A stretch of 64,000 nt of DNA from Octopus vulgaris (lineage: Eukaryota). Each line of letters opens with the position of its first letter. The stretch's first letter is position 1. The notes below the pieces were generated by a model. That model worked only from the letters and a program-made list of their open reading frames with translations, had not been told where the DNA came from and searched no databases. The DNA lies in assembly GCA_951406725.2 (NCBI GenBank), contig OX597823.1, positions 79,484,001 through 79,548,000 on the forward strand, given 5' to 3'. Positions 13,095 through 25,350 of this stretch are shown in pieces. A program made the translations under genes and the position numbers.

Positions 13095-13340
13095 AGACGA
13101 AAATACTTAAAGCTCCACGAGGCACCGGCAGGGGTGCTGGCGAACCCTGCTGTACTCTTTCACCACAGCTTTCTCTCGCTCTTTCTTCCTATTTCTGTTG
13201 TACCTGAATTCCAAAGGGGCCACCCTTGTCACACTCTGTGTCACGCTGAATCAGCCATTTGCACGTTAATTTCATGAGCAGGCTGTTCCATTCATCGTAT
13301 CAACTGGAACCCTCGTCGTCCTAACCAACGGAGTGCCACG
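13095..13340 (+). mobile_element. SINE family C, 5'-truncated (tail type 1)
   Basis: Reverse-complement match to 16651-16945. Confidence 0.7.
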
Positions 13341-13456
13341 ACGGCGACGATATATGTGTGTGTGTGTGTGTGTGCGTTCGCGCGCGTATAGATAATAAAG
13401 GTGACTTATTTGCAATTACCCGGTTGCCTAGAGTTAACCCTAGGCTGCAGGGTGAG

Positions 13457-13504
13457 GGCCACTGACGAGCATTAACCAAATGCGAAATCACTGTTGATCT
13501 GGTT
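13457..13504 (+). ncRNA. Type I hammerhead ribozyme, intact core
   Basis: ggcca CTGACGA gcatt-aacca-aatgc GAAA tca-ctgt-tga TC tggtt; cleavage predicted after C13499. Confidence 0.82.
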
Positions 13505-13799
13505 ATAGCCCGGATGCTGTAGGGAGCTTGCCTCCCTCGTCAGTCATAAGATAAGTGCACTCTCGTGGCTAGAAGTTGTTTTTACTCTTATTTATAGCAA
13601 AGCTAGTGCTAACTAGTACTCTTAGACACTTTAGTGACGTCTATAGTTCTGCCATTTGCTTGTAAATTGCGAATAAGCCACATTTATTATTTATAATTTT
13701 TTTCTTTTACCATTTATGAAATCAACTTGGAATTTCTACGATGACTCTTATAAACAAACTGAGACGGCGAGCTAGCTTCACCCTAGGCAGTCGGGTAAA

Positions 13800-13847
13800 A
13801 GCCACTGACGAGCATTAATTAAATGCGATATCATTTGTGATCTGGCT
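13800..13847 (+). ncRNA. Type I hammerhead ribozyme, GAAA mutated to GATA
   Basis: agcca CTGACGA gcatt-aatta-aatgc GATA tca-tttg-tga TC tggct. Confidence 0.7.
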
Positions 13848-13948
13848 ATTCTCCACGATGCTGTAAGGAGCTTGCATCCCTTGTCAGTCAGTGGATAAGT
13901 GTTTTCTCATGGCTAAGAGTTGTTTTTATTCTTATTTCTAGCAATGTT

Positions 13949-13980
<32 letters not shown>

Positions 13981-13982
<2 letters not shown>

Positions 13983-14345
13983 CTAAATAAGCAACAAGAA
14001 TATCTTCGGTAATTTGGTACGATCGTTTCATGCTACATCATTTTATTAAACATTGTAAGTATTACATCAGTTTCAAAATGTTGAGCAATCTTCAGCAATT
14101 AACATGGAAATAAGTACATGTATTGATGGAAAACGTCAATAAATGGCTGAAGATTGCTCAACATTTTAAAACTGATGTAATACTTACAATGTTTAATAAA
14201 ATGATGTGGCATGAAACGATCGTACCAAATTACCGAAGATATTCTTGTTGCTTACTTTGATTATAATCACCCCATGGATTTATATGGATAATACCGTACA
14301 AAATTCTGGTGCATCAGACTTAAGTACCATATTCATTTGAATCTC
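13981..14345. mobile_element. Head-to-head inverted HHR element (arms 13988-14096 / 14146-14254)
   Basis: ~109-bp near-perfect inverted repeat next to (TA)n; each arm carries an HHR-like motif. Confidence 0.75.
14144..14227 (+). ncRNA. Hammerhead-like motif with long loop II and palindromic stem III (inverted copy at 14015-14098)
   Basis: tgg CTGAAGA ttgc...gcat GAAA cgatcg TA cca. Stem I only 3 bp; U.U mismatch at the base of stem II. Confidence 0.6.
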
Positions 14346-14384
14346 TCTCTATATATATATATTTCCATACGTATATGTATATAT

Positions 14385-14548
14385 AGGAGAATTCACGAAA
14401 AAACAAAAGACGGGGACAGGTGGTGTAGAAAACAAACAGATGTATTAGTATAACGCCCGGGAATTGAAAAGTTTCGAGCCTACGCTCTTCCACAGAAAGG
14501 CACACAGAAAGAAACAAGGAGAGAAAAATGTGTGTAGTGGCTACCGGT
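14385..14548 (-). mobile_element. Short repeat family with a hammerhead-like CUGUNGA core (copy 1 of 3; 3' side of the core deleted)
   Basis: Homologous to 46292-46475 and 47519-47708; minus cttt CTGTGGA a gag-cgtagg-ctc GAAAc. Confidence 0.6.
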
Positions 14549-16087
14549 ACATACATACCTATGCAGAGAAAGAGGCAGAAGAAGTATTTGTGCCAAGCTA
14601 CAATATATCCGTATTATATAGTTTTTTTGAAATATTTATAAACAGTTCTGCCAGTGGCTTTCTAATTAGATTGGATAATCTTAAACACGAAAATGAAAGA
14701 AGATGCCGCAAAATAGCTTATTACAATAAATGGAAGTTACCGATTTACTTTGTAGAGTTATATAACCGTGACTTTTATATACGCAGAAATATGATATTGC
14801 TTTATTTATGCCGTTTATAATAGTGTTGACGTCGTTAAGTCAAGTTGAATGTGTTGAATCGCAATTCAAACACTGTCTCGGCTCACACGAACTGTTATCT
14901 TTCTAGACACATTTTTTAAAGTAAACATCAATATCAAAGAATACCGGTTTACTTTGACTAGGCGAATAACAGAGTTGATTGACTTCATAGAAGTGCAGTA
15001 ACATTAATTATTTTATCTAGCCCGAAGTAAGAAACAGCTGCTGTGTACACCGATGGAATTGCTATTCAAAACGGTAATATAAAATATCGTCCACCACGAA
15101 TGTTTTTGCGAGACTATCACTCTTGAGAACATAACATAATTAATTCAAATTTATGTCTTTTTCTAAAACTGGTTCTGAGTTGTTAGCATTTTGTCCAATT
15201 TCAAGATTTTTTTTTTCATTATCATATTATATTATATTATACTATACCTTTTATTTTTCTAATTGCCTTCATGTATCTCGACCTTATCGTCTCTAATTGG
15301 AACTTAATTTCAAGGAAAATTTGAAGGAGTTTTTTTGTGTGTGTGTGTTTTTAGATTTTTTTTTCTTGCAAAACAAAACTGCCGCATTCATTGCTTTGCT
15401 AGTTAGCAATGAGTGTTTCTGTCACTTGAAAATAATTAACATTGCATTCGTAATTTTGTTATTGGCTAGAATTCTTATGCTTTTGTCATAGTTAAACCGA
15501 CTAGGCAAAGAGTTAGCTGAATGCTAAACCAATTATAAATGTAAACATTCCACTTAGAACAAAATAGTTAACCTTTATTGAACTCAATTATTAGTAGTTT
15601 CGCTCCTGGAGAAAATTATAATTATTTGTGCAAGTTAATCATGTAACCGCAACAATACGAAGCTCCACATAGCTCGCCGTTGCATTTCAACTCATAATGT
15701 TTTCTCGATTGTCTTTGGCAGTTTCAGTGTAGGTCATATATAACATTATGTGCGGAATCATTTTATGTAATTGTTTAACGCAGTTTTCTAACGTACAAAT
15801 TCATTGAATCATTTGATCTCGCTGATGAATATGATTGTATAATTTCTATATTTGTTTCAGTACTAGCTCTTCTTTGATTTTACAATAAAGTAATTTGTGA
15901 TGTCACAGAGACTTATAAGTTCAAATTTATAAAACTTATTTTCATTATTTTTATTTATTAGTTGTTATCGAATCATTCAAGGCAACCGAGTAACAGAGTC
16001 ATAACAGCATTGACTGGAATGCATTGCGTTATATTTTTCCCGAGGTTGACTATCTCTTTGAGTTCTGTCTCGGTGCTAAGCTTGTGC

Positions 16088-16141
<54 letters not shown>

Positions 16142-16650
16142 TCCTCTGTCTCACTCCATTCTATTTCTCTCTATATCTCTCTTTCTCACTCACTCTACCT
16201 CGAGTTCCCCTTCTCTCCCTCTCCCTCTCTCCCTCTCTCTCCCTCTATCCCCCTCTCTCTCTCTCTCTCCATAAATGAAGGAACGAAATTTGCTTAGTGG
16301 ATGCAAACCCATGTCCAAACCAAGAGGTTCAGTTAAAGCTTTATCCAAGACAAGATTGTCTTCTTTTTAGACAGTAGGGGAAAGTTTGAAGTATATATGA
16401 CGTTCAAATTGCAATGATTACAGCAGAAATAATACAACCCCAAAAAGGTGTCACTGAAATCCCTAACTACATAACACACACACAAACACATACGCATGTA
16501 CATATATTTTTTTATACGTGTGTATGTATATAAAGAAGTGGTTTCTGTGAAGCATTGTGTGGTATAACTTTAAAGGGATTTGTTCCATCCTTACACAACA
16601 AATCTCTTTACTATATCTACATATATATACGCACACACTCATATATTTCT

Positions 16651-17038
16651 AGGAGCACTCCGTCGGTTACAACGATGAGGGTCCCAGCCGATACGATCAA
16701 CGGAACAGCTTGCTCGTGAAATTAACGTGCAAGTGGCTGAGCATTCCACTGACACGTGTACCCTGAACGTAGTTCTCAGGGAGATTCAGCGTGACACAGA
16801 GTGTGACAAGGCTGGCACTTTGAAATACAGGTACAACAGAAACAGGAAGAAAGAGTGAGAGAGAGAGTTGTGGTGAAAGAGTACAGCAGGGTTCAGCACC
16901 ACCACCCCCCTGCCGGAGCCTCGTGGAGCTTTAGGTGTTTTCGCTCAATAAACACTCACAATGCCCGGTCTGGGAATCGAAACCGCGATCCTACGACCGC
17001 GAGTCCGCTGCCCTAACCACTGGGCCATTGCGCCTCCA
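16651..17038 (-). mobile_element. SINE family C, full length (tail type 1)
   Basis: tRNA-like head ggaggcgcaatggcccagtggttagggcagcggactcgcgg..ggtttcgattccc; TSD-like cacacactcatata on both sides. Confidence 0.85.
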
Positions 17039-17499
17039 CACACTCATATATAAGCATATCTATACAGATAATGATGGTCCTACAAGTGAGCTAACGAGAT
17101 TTTTTTCGGTGTTGCATGTTTTAGTAGAAACATGCTGCCAAATATATGGTGTCTTAAATGAATGTAATACTAGATAACACTATATCCGAATTGAAGATAT
17201 GATTATTACGAAATGAACAGCTTCATTCATGAGTTTATTTCTGATAGGGCTACCTTAAGAGTAAACATTAACATGAATAACCGCCCTACCAACAACACTC
17301 TGAGGTATTCCTACACACTACCAACTGTGGAATGTGAACTCAGGGCATAAAGACGGACGAAATGTTACTAAGCATTTTTCGCGGCGTGATATCGATACTG
17401 CCAGCTAACCACCTTTGGAAATCTTGCAATATAATTGGTCTTATATAAATTAGTTAACCTTTATTGAACTCAATTATTAGTAGTTTCTTATATAAATTA

Positions 17500-17795
17500 C
17501 TAGCAGTATCGCCCGGCGTTGCTCGGGTTTGTAAGGGAAATAACTATATAAGCATTTTTAGAGAGTTATAGCCAAAAAATAGCAAAAAATGCATTAAAAA
17601 TGGAAAAAAAAATATGGTAATTTTTTTTTTAAATCGTAGACTCATCGTAGACGCGCGCTAATACCCAGAAGGGCTCGATATGAATCACGACTATACGATA
17701 CCCGGTTTTGGTTAAACTGCACTGCAAAATGTGGGAGTAGTTAGGAATCTAAATCGTAGGAGACATACACACAACTTCTCTTTTATATATAAAGA
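17500..17795 (-). mobile_element. Non-autonomous Helitron
   Basis: Minus strand: 5' TCTTTATATATAAAAG, subterminal hairpin cccgagcaacgccggg, 3' CTAG, inserted between A and T; second copy at 57913-58306. Confidence 0.8.
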
Positions 17796-19590
17796 TTTAA
17801 CTCCTTTTATTGTTGCAATATGTTACATATATTTGTGTGTCCACCTCGGCATGTTACTGGAATTTCGTTTATGTTAGACGAAAGCTTCATCAAAGTTATT
17901 AGAACATTACAGTTATTAGAACATATGATAGTATGAGCATAAATTATATCTTCAGATTTCCGAATATATATATATATATATGTTTCTACTTTCTTAGAGG
18001 CGTATGTACGTTATTTTTTTCTTAGATATTTTTCTCATGTATATTCATATTAATGTACGTGTTCGTGCTTATATTCATATGAGGGATGCAAACCTCGTTT
18101 TAAAAATATATAAACTGATAAGGAAATATAAGTGTATCATAAACGAAAAGTGATAGCTATTATTGATCTGTGATCTGAAAGGAAGAACATATTTGACTAC
18201 CGCCAACATGATCACGATAAGTTACTGTAACAGCAATAATATTAAGAACACACCAACACGAACATCTAACACAAAATCATTGAACATTTTCTCACGGCCA
18301 ATCAATACTCTTTACCAATGTTTTGTCGAGGTGTCGCAGTGCTATGGAGATATTGTTAACGTTATATAGGTGATCAGATCGTTCGAATGAATATTTTTTC
18401 TTTTAGTCGCAGTTTGAATCCATAACATTAATCTGTAGTAGGTAATATAATTATATTCGATTTACCTTCGACGTTATTTCTTTCTATACTGAGAATTAAT
18501 ACTTCGGATTTTTTTTTCAATGACTTAATGTGCTAAGACATGTAGATGCAGAAAGTTTAAATACATCATTGTGTTAAAGTGTCACAGATTGGATCTGTAA
18601 CAGAAAGCTTGCTTTTATTCTTTTGATGGCGGTGAAGATTAGGTCATCATTAAGCGTTGAACGTCGGTGTAGCAAATGGTAGGCGTTTGATTTGGTGCTT
18701 TTATATTCTTGTCAATGGCGAAACTAGCGATGAAACCAGGACTAATTTATTATTTCTCAAAAACTAAAACAAACAAGCATGAGTAATTTGGCATGTAGTA
18801 TTGTGTCAGCGGTATAAAAACAACAGGCTTACCACATGCAGGTTAACACAGTTTTACTTCTCGTAGATGTAACCGCCCAAACTAAATTCATAGCACACGC
18901 CACAGATACGTAAGAAAATAAAATCAGATGTTCCAAAATTAGATTCAAAATCGTGCTGTGTTTAATTACAAATTAAGGTTTTCTATTACGCTTTATAGTA
19001 TTCTCTCAGAATATCTTTGGAAATTAGTTTCCTGTACAATAATTATATTGCATTGGGGGTTTATTTAATCAATATCAATTTCTCTATATTTCTTAATTGT
19101 AAGCTAGCATTATCAGATGATCTGAAAATCCATGAAGAATGCGTAGCCGTTAAATAAATTAAGAATAGAGGCCAAGCGTGGGGCGAATAGCATGTGTGGG
19201 TTCTGCGGGTTTGTAGAAGGCAATCACTTTATACGTATGTCTTTGTTGTGGTCGAAGAATATTTATGGAAAGGTGTGGCCAATTTGAATACCGGATACAG
19301 CGATCAAATCTTCTTTGATTGACATTGATATTATAAAAAAATGAAGCCATTCGAATATTTCAAGACCTTCAAAGCAGAATTTGAGAAAAAGCAACCCAGT
19401 TACGATGATGTTTGCTAATCAATCTCTTTCAAACGGTCTAGTAAATATGAAGTAAATATGAGGGTTTCATATCATATTTGGAAATGTTCCAAATACCATT
19501 GTGATTCACTTCTTAATCAAGCGGCAACGTCTCGTTGCAAATCATCTTAGGCAAAACATGCATCAATCGTTCAGTTTCTGCAAAACTCAT

Positions 19591-19809
19591 TTTTACTCTT
19601 TTACTCTTTTACTTGTTTCAGTCATTTGACTGTGGCCATGTTGGAGCACCGCCTTTAGTCGAGCAAATCGACCCCAGGACTTATTCTTTGTAAACCTAGT
19701 TCTTATTCTATCGACCTCTTTTGCCGAACCGTTAAGTTACGGGGACGTAAACACACCAGCATCGGTTGTCAAGCGTCGTTGGGGGACAAACACTGACACA
19801 CAAATACAT

Positions 19810-19846
<37 letters not shown>

Positions 19847-20031
19847 CATATATATATATACATATATACGACAGGCTTCTTTCAGTTTCTGTCTACCAAA
19901 TCCACTCGCAAGGCTTTGGTTGGCCCGTGGCTATAGTAGAAGACACTTGCCCAAGGTGCCACGCAGTGGGTCTGAACCCGGAACTATGTGGCTGGTAAGC
20001 AAGCTACTTACTACACAGCCACTCCTACGCC
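19591..20031 (-). mobile_element. SINE family A, full length
   Basis: Head, CORE-like block, internal (TA)/(CA) tract, tail hairpin and (gtaaaaga)n end all present. Confidence 0.88.
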
Positions 20032-21294
20032 TACTCTAATAAAATATTTCAAAATGTCTTTTAGAGACTGAGTAATGCTTGAGCACGAATATATAGTAGC
20101 CACTTGTGACGAGCTGGTCACTGCACAGCATGATGGACAGGACGAGTATTCTTTTTTTTATACGAGGGGCCGTCTGTGCGCGTGTCTGAGAGCACCTGTG
20201 CGTTTGTATGTGCTCATGGATGTAGATGGCTGTGCGTGTGCGTTCAGGTGTGTGTTGTGGTTAATCGTGCTCACGGATGTACGTGCCTTTGCGCTTCTGT
20301 GTGTGCAACAGCGTGCGATGGAAAACCTGCTGTAGTTATGTGATTACAGAACTATTTCTAAACTTAACAGCCCTCACAAGCGTCTGCCAAAGCAAAAGAA
20401 ATTTGAAAGTGATACCATAAAACTATCGTAGCGACCAACTTATTGTCGCTCTTCATTTTCTGATATATGTCACTGAAAGTCCGTACTGTAGTAGCTACTG
20501 GTGTTGGCGTCGTTGTTGTTGTTATTCTTGTTTTTGATGTTATCATTGAGTCTACGTTTCCTGGGGGTTATTTCATTTCCACTCTCTGCTCTAATATGTA
20601 CATTTGTGTGTTATTGCAGTTAGGGGAGTACGCGACTGAACATATACGAAGAAGAGACGAGTACGCACCGTCCTCCTCATCGACCGTCTAACTAGCATCT
20701 CTAAACATCAACTTAATACTACACACTCTTTTACCCACTCTTCCACCTTGGCAATGATATTGAATGTAATATGCGTGGTTAGGATACGCATTTGCTGAGC
20801 TTATTTTTCGCTGAGAATACCGAAGAATTGATTCTACTGTACTGCGCAATTTAGTCACTTGCCTTGCGTAATAATGACAATCGATTTACTGAAACATGAG
20901 TATGTTGTATAATATCTAAAACAAGTTTCTGTCTTCATTTTTTTCTATAGCGTGGCTTCGTCTAACCGTGTATAGAAGCGGATTGTGAAACTTTCTAATA
21001 AGCACAAATTTTGGTTACGTGTAGCATCTTCCAGCGCAGTATTATCCCATGAGCCTACTTTGTTATTAAATACGCATGTGTGTGTGTGTGTGTATACATA
21101 TTTATCCTACGCAGTAGACACACAACCACTTCAAAGTTACATATCATTTGGAAGAGTGATAGGTGAAAGAAATGACGAACAGCCTTAATCGATATTCTAC
21201 TCTTATTGAGTTCGCATCAGAGGAGATTTCATCTCTTGCCCATTTACAGAGAAACGAGTAGCTCACTTTTTTTATTATTTTATTCTATAACTTC

Positions 21295-21549
21295 TTTAAG
21301 TCATTTGACTGCGGCCATGCTGAAGCACCTTCTTGAAAGATTCTAATCGAATAAATCGACCTCAGGACTTTATTTTTAAAGCCTTGTACTTATTCTTTTG
21401 ATCTTCTTTTGTCGAACCCCTAAGTTACGGGGACGTAAACACACCGACACCGGTTGTCAAGCGGTGTCGGGGGACAAACACAGACACACACACATAGATG
21501 TACATATACATATATATACTATATATGCATAATATATATATATATGTAT

Positions 21550-21593
<44 letters not shown>

Positions 21594-21745
21594 CGACGGG
21601 CTTCTTTTAGTTTTCGACTAACAAATCCACTCACAAACCTGTAGTCGGTCCGCGGAAGTATCATTTGCCCGAGACACTTGCCCAAGGTGCCACGTAGCGG
21701 GACTAAACCCGGGACTATGTGATTGGGAAAGAAGCGTCTTACCGT
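21295..21745 (-). mobile_element. SINE family A, diverged
   Basis: Same module order as 19591-20031. Confidence 0.75.
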
Positions 21746-21830
21746 ACAGTCTAGTATCTGCAGAGAACTGGGGCAACCAATTTGCGTGGTATAAATGTTT
21801 AACACTTGATTTGATAACACACACACACAC

Positions 21831-21862
<32 letters not shown>

Positions 21863-22451
21863 ACATACACACACATACACACACACACATACATACACAT
21901 GCATACACACATGTGTGTGTGTATGTGTAAGAGAGAGAGAGAGAGAGAGAGAGCATGTGTGAATATTCTCTTCGAGTATTAACTGTGCTTGTGAAAGTCT
22001 CCATGAAGATGGCAGCACTGGTTTAGAGGTAAGCCAAGCTTCTTTTTCTCAATTCCTTTTAGCAGATTTTAATTTTAAAACTGTTATTAAAAACATTATA
22101 ATTCCTGCAGCTTTATTTATTTTTTTTTTTTTTTTGAAAATCCATATTAGCATGGGAATTATTCAATCCACTCGAAGTTGCCAGCAACATTTATACCATT
22201 TTTAAACAGAAAATGAAACAGCTTGATAATAACATTGCACAAACAGCATGTAAAAGTCTCCAAAATGATAGGGTGTAATTTCTTCGATTAATTGCAATAC
22301 TTAATAACATATGTGAGACTGTAATATTGCGAATCTTTTGACATCAAGAAGTACAGGCTAAAAGGAAGGGAGAAGAAATTAAATCGTCTGGGTACATTAA
22401 CTACAATATTTTCTTTCCGTCGTATAAACTAAGAAAATTCCTTATTTATTT

Positions 22452-22494
<43 letters not shown>

Positions 22495-22818
22495 TGAGTG
22501 TATTTTTACCTTGTTAACAATTAACACGGAAAAAAAAAATAAATAAATAGTTACCAGGGCAGCAAAAATCTCACAAGTAAAGGTGCTGTATCTCCTTGTT
22601 TATAAAGGTAGAAACTTCGTGTTTACGTTGAATATTTTGAATATACAAATCCATCATTTTTTGCTAAAATGTCTTATTGACGAGTTTCGTTTTTTTCACT
22701 TTCCTGAGGAGAAGATTGCATTGTTTATACCATTTATTCTTTTGAATAGTATAAGTGGAATTTTCGAAACATGTGTCGAAAGTAAAAATATTTGATTACA
22801 CGTTACTCCATTTTTTTA

Positions 22819-22822
<4 letters not shown>
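22495..22822. mobile_element. HHR element between (TA)n tracts; left part in opposite orientation to the HHR-bearing right part
   Basis: 22641-22822 is near-identical to 8621-8808; 22519-22615 matches the minus-oriented 11190-11270 sequence. Confidence 0.7.
22698..22783 (+). ncRNA. Type I hammerhead ribozyme, intact core, long loop II
   Basis: actttc CTGAGGA gaagatt...aattttc GAAA catgtg TC gaaagt. Stem I 6 bp, stem II 7 bp, GUC triplet ending at 22777. Confidence 0.8.
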
Positions 22823-22860
<38 letters not shown>

Positions 22861-22863
<3 letters not shown>

Positions 22864-23153
22864 GTAAAATAATATATGGCAATTATTCAATAGCCAAGAT
22901 AAAACTCTGAGTTTCGGATGCCGAGGTGGAAATCCACAACACCATCTCTTCGGTTATCTGGCCAAAGGCGTTTTTCAGATGGCCAGATAACCGAAGAGAT
23001 GGTGTTGTGGATTTCCACCTCGGCATCCGAAACTCAGAGTTTTATCTTGGCTATTGAATAATTGTCACATATTATTTTACAGATAAATTTCCTCTATTTA
23101 CATAATATTGAGGTCTCTTTCTTTCTTTTTTGTTATCTTACCGTTTTTACCAA
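22861..23153. mobile_element. Head-to-head inverted HHR element (arms 22861-22964 / 22980-23083)
   Basis: ~104-bp near-perfect inverted repeat with a 15-bp spacer; (TA)n on both sides. Confidence 0.8.
22985..23047 (+). ncRNA. Hammerhead-like motif with CCGAAGA core (inverted copy at 22897-22959)
   Basis: agataa CCGAAGA gatg..catc c GAAA ctc-a-gag TT ttatct; inner hairpin gtgga-tt-tccac within loop II. Confidence 0.65.
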
Positions 23154-23238
23154 TATATATATATATATATATTCCAGAATATGCTGAAACTTATCTTCCA
23201 TGATATCAGCTAAGCAAGTATCAATGAGTGTGAGCGAA

Positions 23239-23298
<60 letters not shown>

Positions 23299-23754
23299 GA
23301 ATGCTTGTGTGTGTATGTGTAAAATCGTTTTTGCCTAACAGATATAGCAACAAAATTATTACAGAAGTAGTTAACTAATCTTATTTTCATGCTTAGCAAT
23401 AAATTATTCATGTAGAAAGCCCAGTATACTTATCGACTCCATTCAAAATTAAAACTAAATTTTCTTTTCTCATCTTTATTTAACATTTTCATTACCTCAG
23501 ATAAAAATTCTACCATCGTCGAAGCCGCATATTCTTAGGATTGTTCTAAAATACCTAGGCTTATTTCTCAAGATCTAGTTTAAATCTATATATTTTGATA
23601 AATTTTAATACCTGCTTGATTGAATGTAACATCGGTATGTGATACACCGCGCACAATCTTTTGGTGCTAAAACCGTGTATTGAATTATTAATTTGATCGT
23701 TTTTTACCAATTCTTCCTCTAATAATATGCTTCACACCCTACATAATTCTTTTC

Positions 23755-23962
23755 TACTCAAGTCACAAGCACCGAAATTTTGGGGTCAGAAGGCCAGTCG
23801 ATTAATTCGACCCCAGTACGCAACTGGTATTTAATTTATCGACCCCGAAAGGATGAAAGGCAAATCAACCTCGGCGGAATTTGAACTCAGAACGTAAAGA
23901 CAGACGAAATACCACTAAGCACTAAGCCCGGCATGCTAACGATTCCACCAGCTAGCCGCCTT
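23755..23962 (-). mobile_element. SINE family B variant with a different tail
   Basis: Family B head and central domain; TSD-like cttcacac(c/t)ctacataat on both sides. Confidence 0.75.
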
Positions 23963-24007
23963 CACACTCTACATAATCAATAGTCAAATGTTTGGGTGCT
24001 TTCATTT

Positions 24008-24405
24008 TTCTACTTCACTTGTTTCAGTCAGGGAGCAGCGGCCACGCTGGGGCACTATCTCGAAGGGTTTAGTCGAACAAATCGCCCTTTCTACGTAAAT
24101 TTTAAGTCTAATAGTATTCTGCTGGCCTGTTTTGAGACTGCTACGTGAACAAACCCACACCGGTTGTCAAGCGATAGTGCAGGACAAACACAAACACAAA
24201 GACACACACACACACATACATATACATACATATATATAAATATATATGTATGTATGTATATATATGACGGTCTTCTACCCAGTTTCTCCCTAGACATCGG
24301 TCTATTTTCTGGAGCTATAATAGAAAACATTTGTCCGAGCTATTGCGAAAGACTGAACTTGATACCATTTAGCTGAAAAGTTGATTTATTAACTCCACAG
24401 CCATA
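24008..24405 (-). mobile_element. SINE family A, degenerate
   Basis: cttgtttcagtca..gcggccacgctggggcac tail and cggttgtcaagcg central block. Confidence 0.6.
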
Positions 24406-24558
24406 CCAGAACCTGTCATCATCTTTTCATTGCAAAGAAGAATATTTTCCTTTGAAGATTTGGGGGAGCATCATCATTGACTTGTGTCTACAGTGTGTAA
24501 TAACAATGAAATGCTTATTTCTACATTCAACTTACGGTTATCATTAGTTAGATTTTAA

Positions 24559-25350
24559 GGCGGCGAGCTGGCAGAAACGTTAGCACACCGGGCGTAATGC
24601 GTAGCCGTATTTCGTCTGCCGTTACGTTCTGAGTTCAAATTCCGCCGAGGTCGATTTTGCCTTTCATCCTTTCGGAGTCGATAAATTAAGTACCAGTCAC
24701 GCACTGGGGTCGATATAATCGACTTAATCCGTTTGTCTGTCCTTGTTTGTTCTCTCTGTGTTTAGCCCCTTGTGGGTAGTAAAGAAACAGGTATTTCGTT
24801 TGCCATTACGTTCTGAGGTCGACTTTGCCGTTCATCCGTTCGGGGTCGATAAATTAAGTACCAGTTACGCACTGAAGTTGATGTAATCGACTTAATCCCT
24901 TTGTCTGTCCTTGTTTGTCCCCCCTATGTTTAGCCTCTTGTGGGCAATAAGTAAATAAGAATCGTTATTGTGCCGGAATAAAATGCTCAGTGGCGTTTTG
25001 TACATCTTTACCTTCAGAATTCAAAGTCCACGAAGGTGAACTTTGCTTTCCGGTTCAATGAAATAAGTATCAATTAATCAACTTGAATCTCCCCTAAAAT
25101 CCTTGGCTTTGGTCCAATATTTGAAACCATCATTTGTGAACGTAAAGAACTGGGACGAATATAGCAAAGCATTTTTCAGACGTTCTAATGAATCTGCCAA
25201 TTCTCTAACTAATCCTTTATACTAACGGCACGAGACTTGAAATTTAGAGGGAAGGCAAAGTCGACCTCGGCGGAATTTGACTCAGAGCGTAAAGACAGAC
25301 GAAATGCCGCAAAGAGTTTTGCCTGGCATGTTAACGCTTCTGCAAGTACA
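24559..25350 (+). mobile_element. SINE family B cluster: full copy, tandem 3' duplicate (24790-24960) and degenerate fragments
   Basis: gtatttcgt..tacgttctgag..gtcgataaattaagtaccag repeated in tandem; further decayed pieces on both strands to ~25350. Confidence 0.75.

Larger units (their letters stand above)
13395..13950 (+). mobile_element. Retrozyme-like tandem repeat, ~343-nt monomer, ~1.6 copies, one HHR per monomer
   Basis: ccctaggc..gccactgacgagcatt..gatgctgta(g/a)ggagcttgc..gtcagtca..gataagtg repeated; CTGACGA at 13462 and 13805; microsatellite flanks. Confidence 0.75.
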
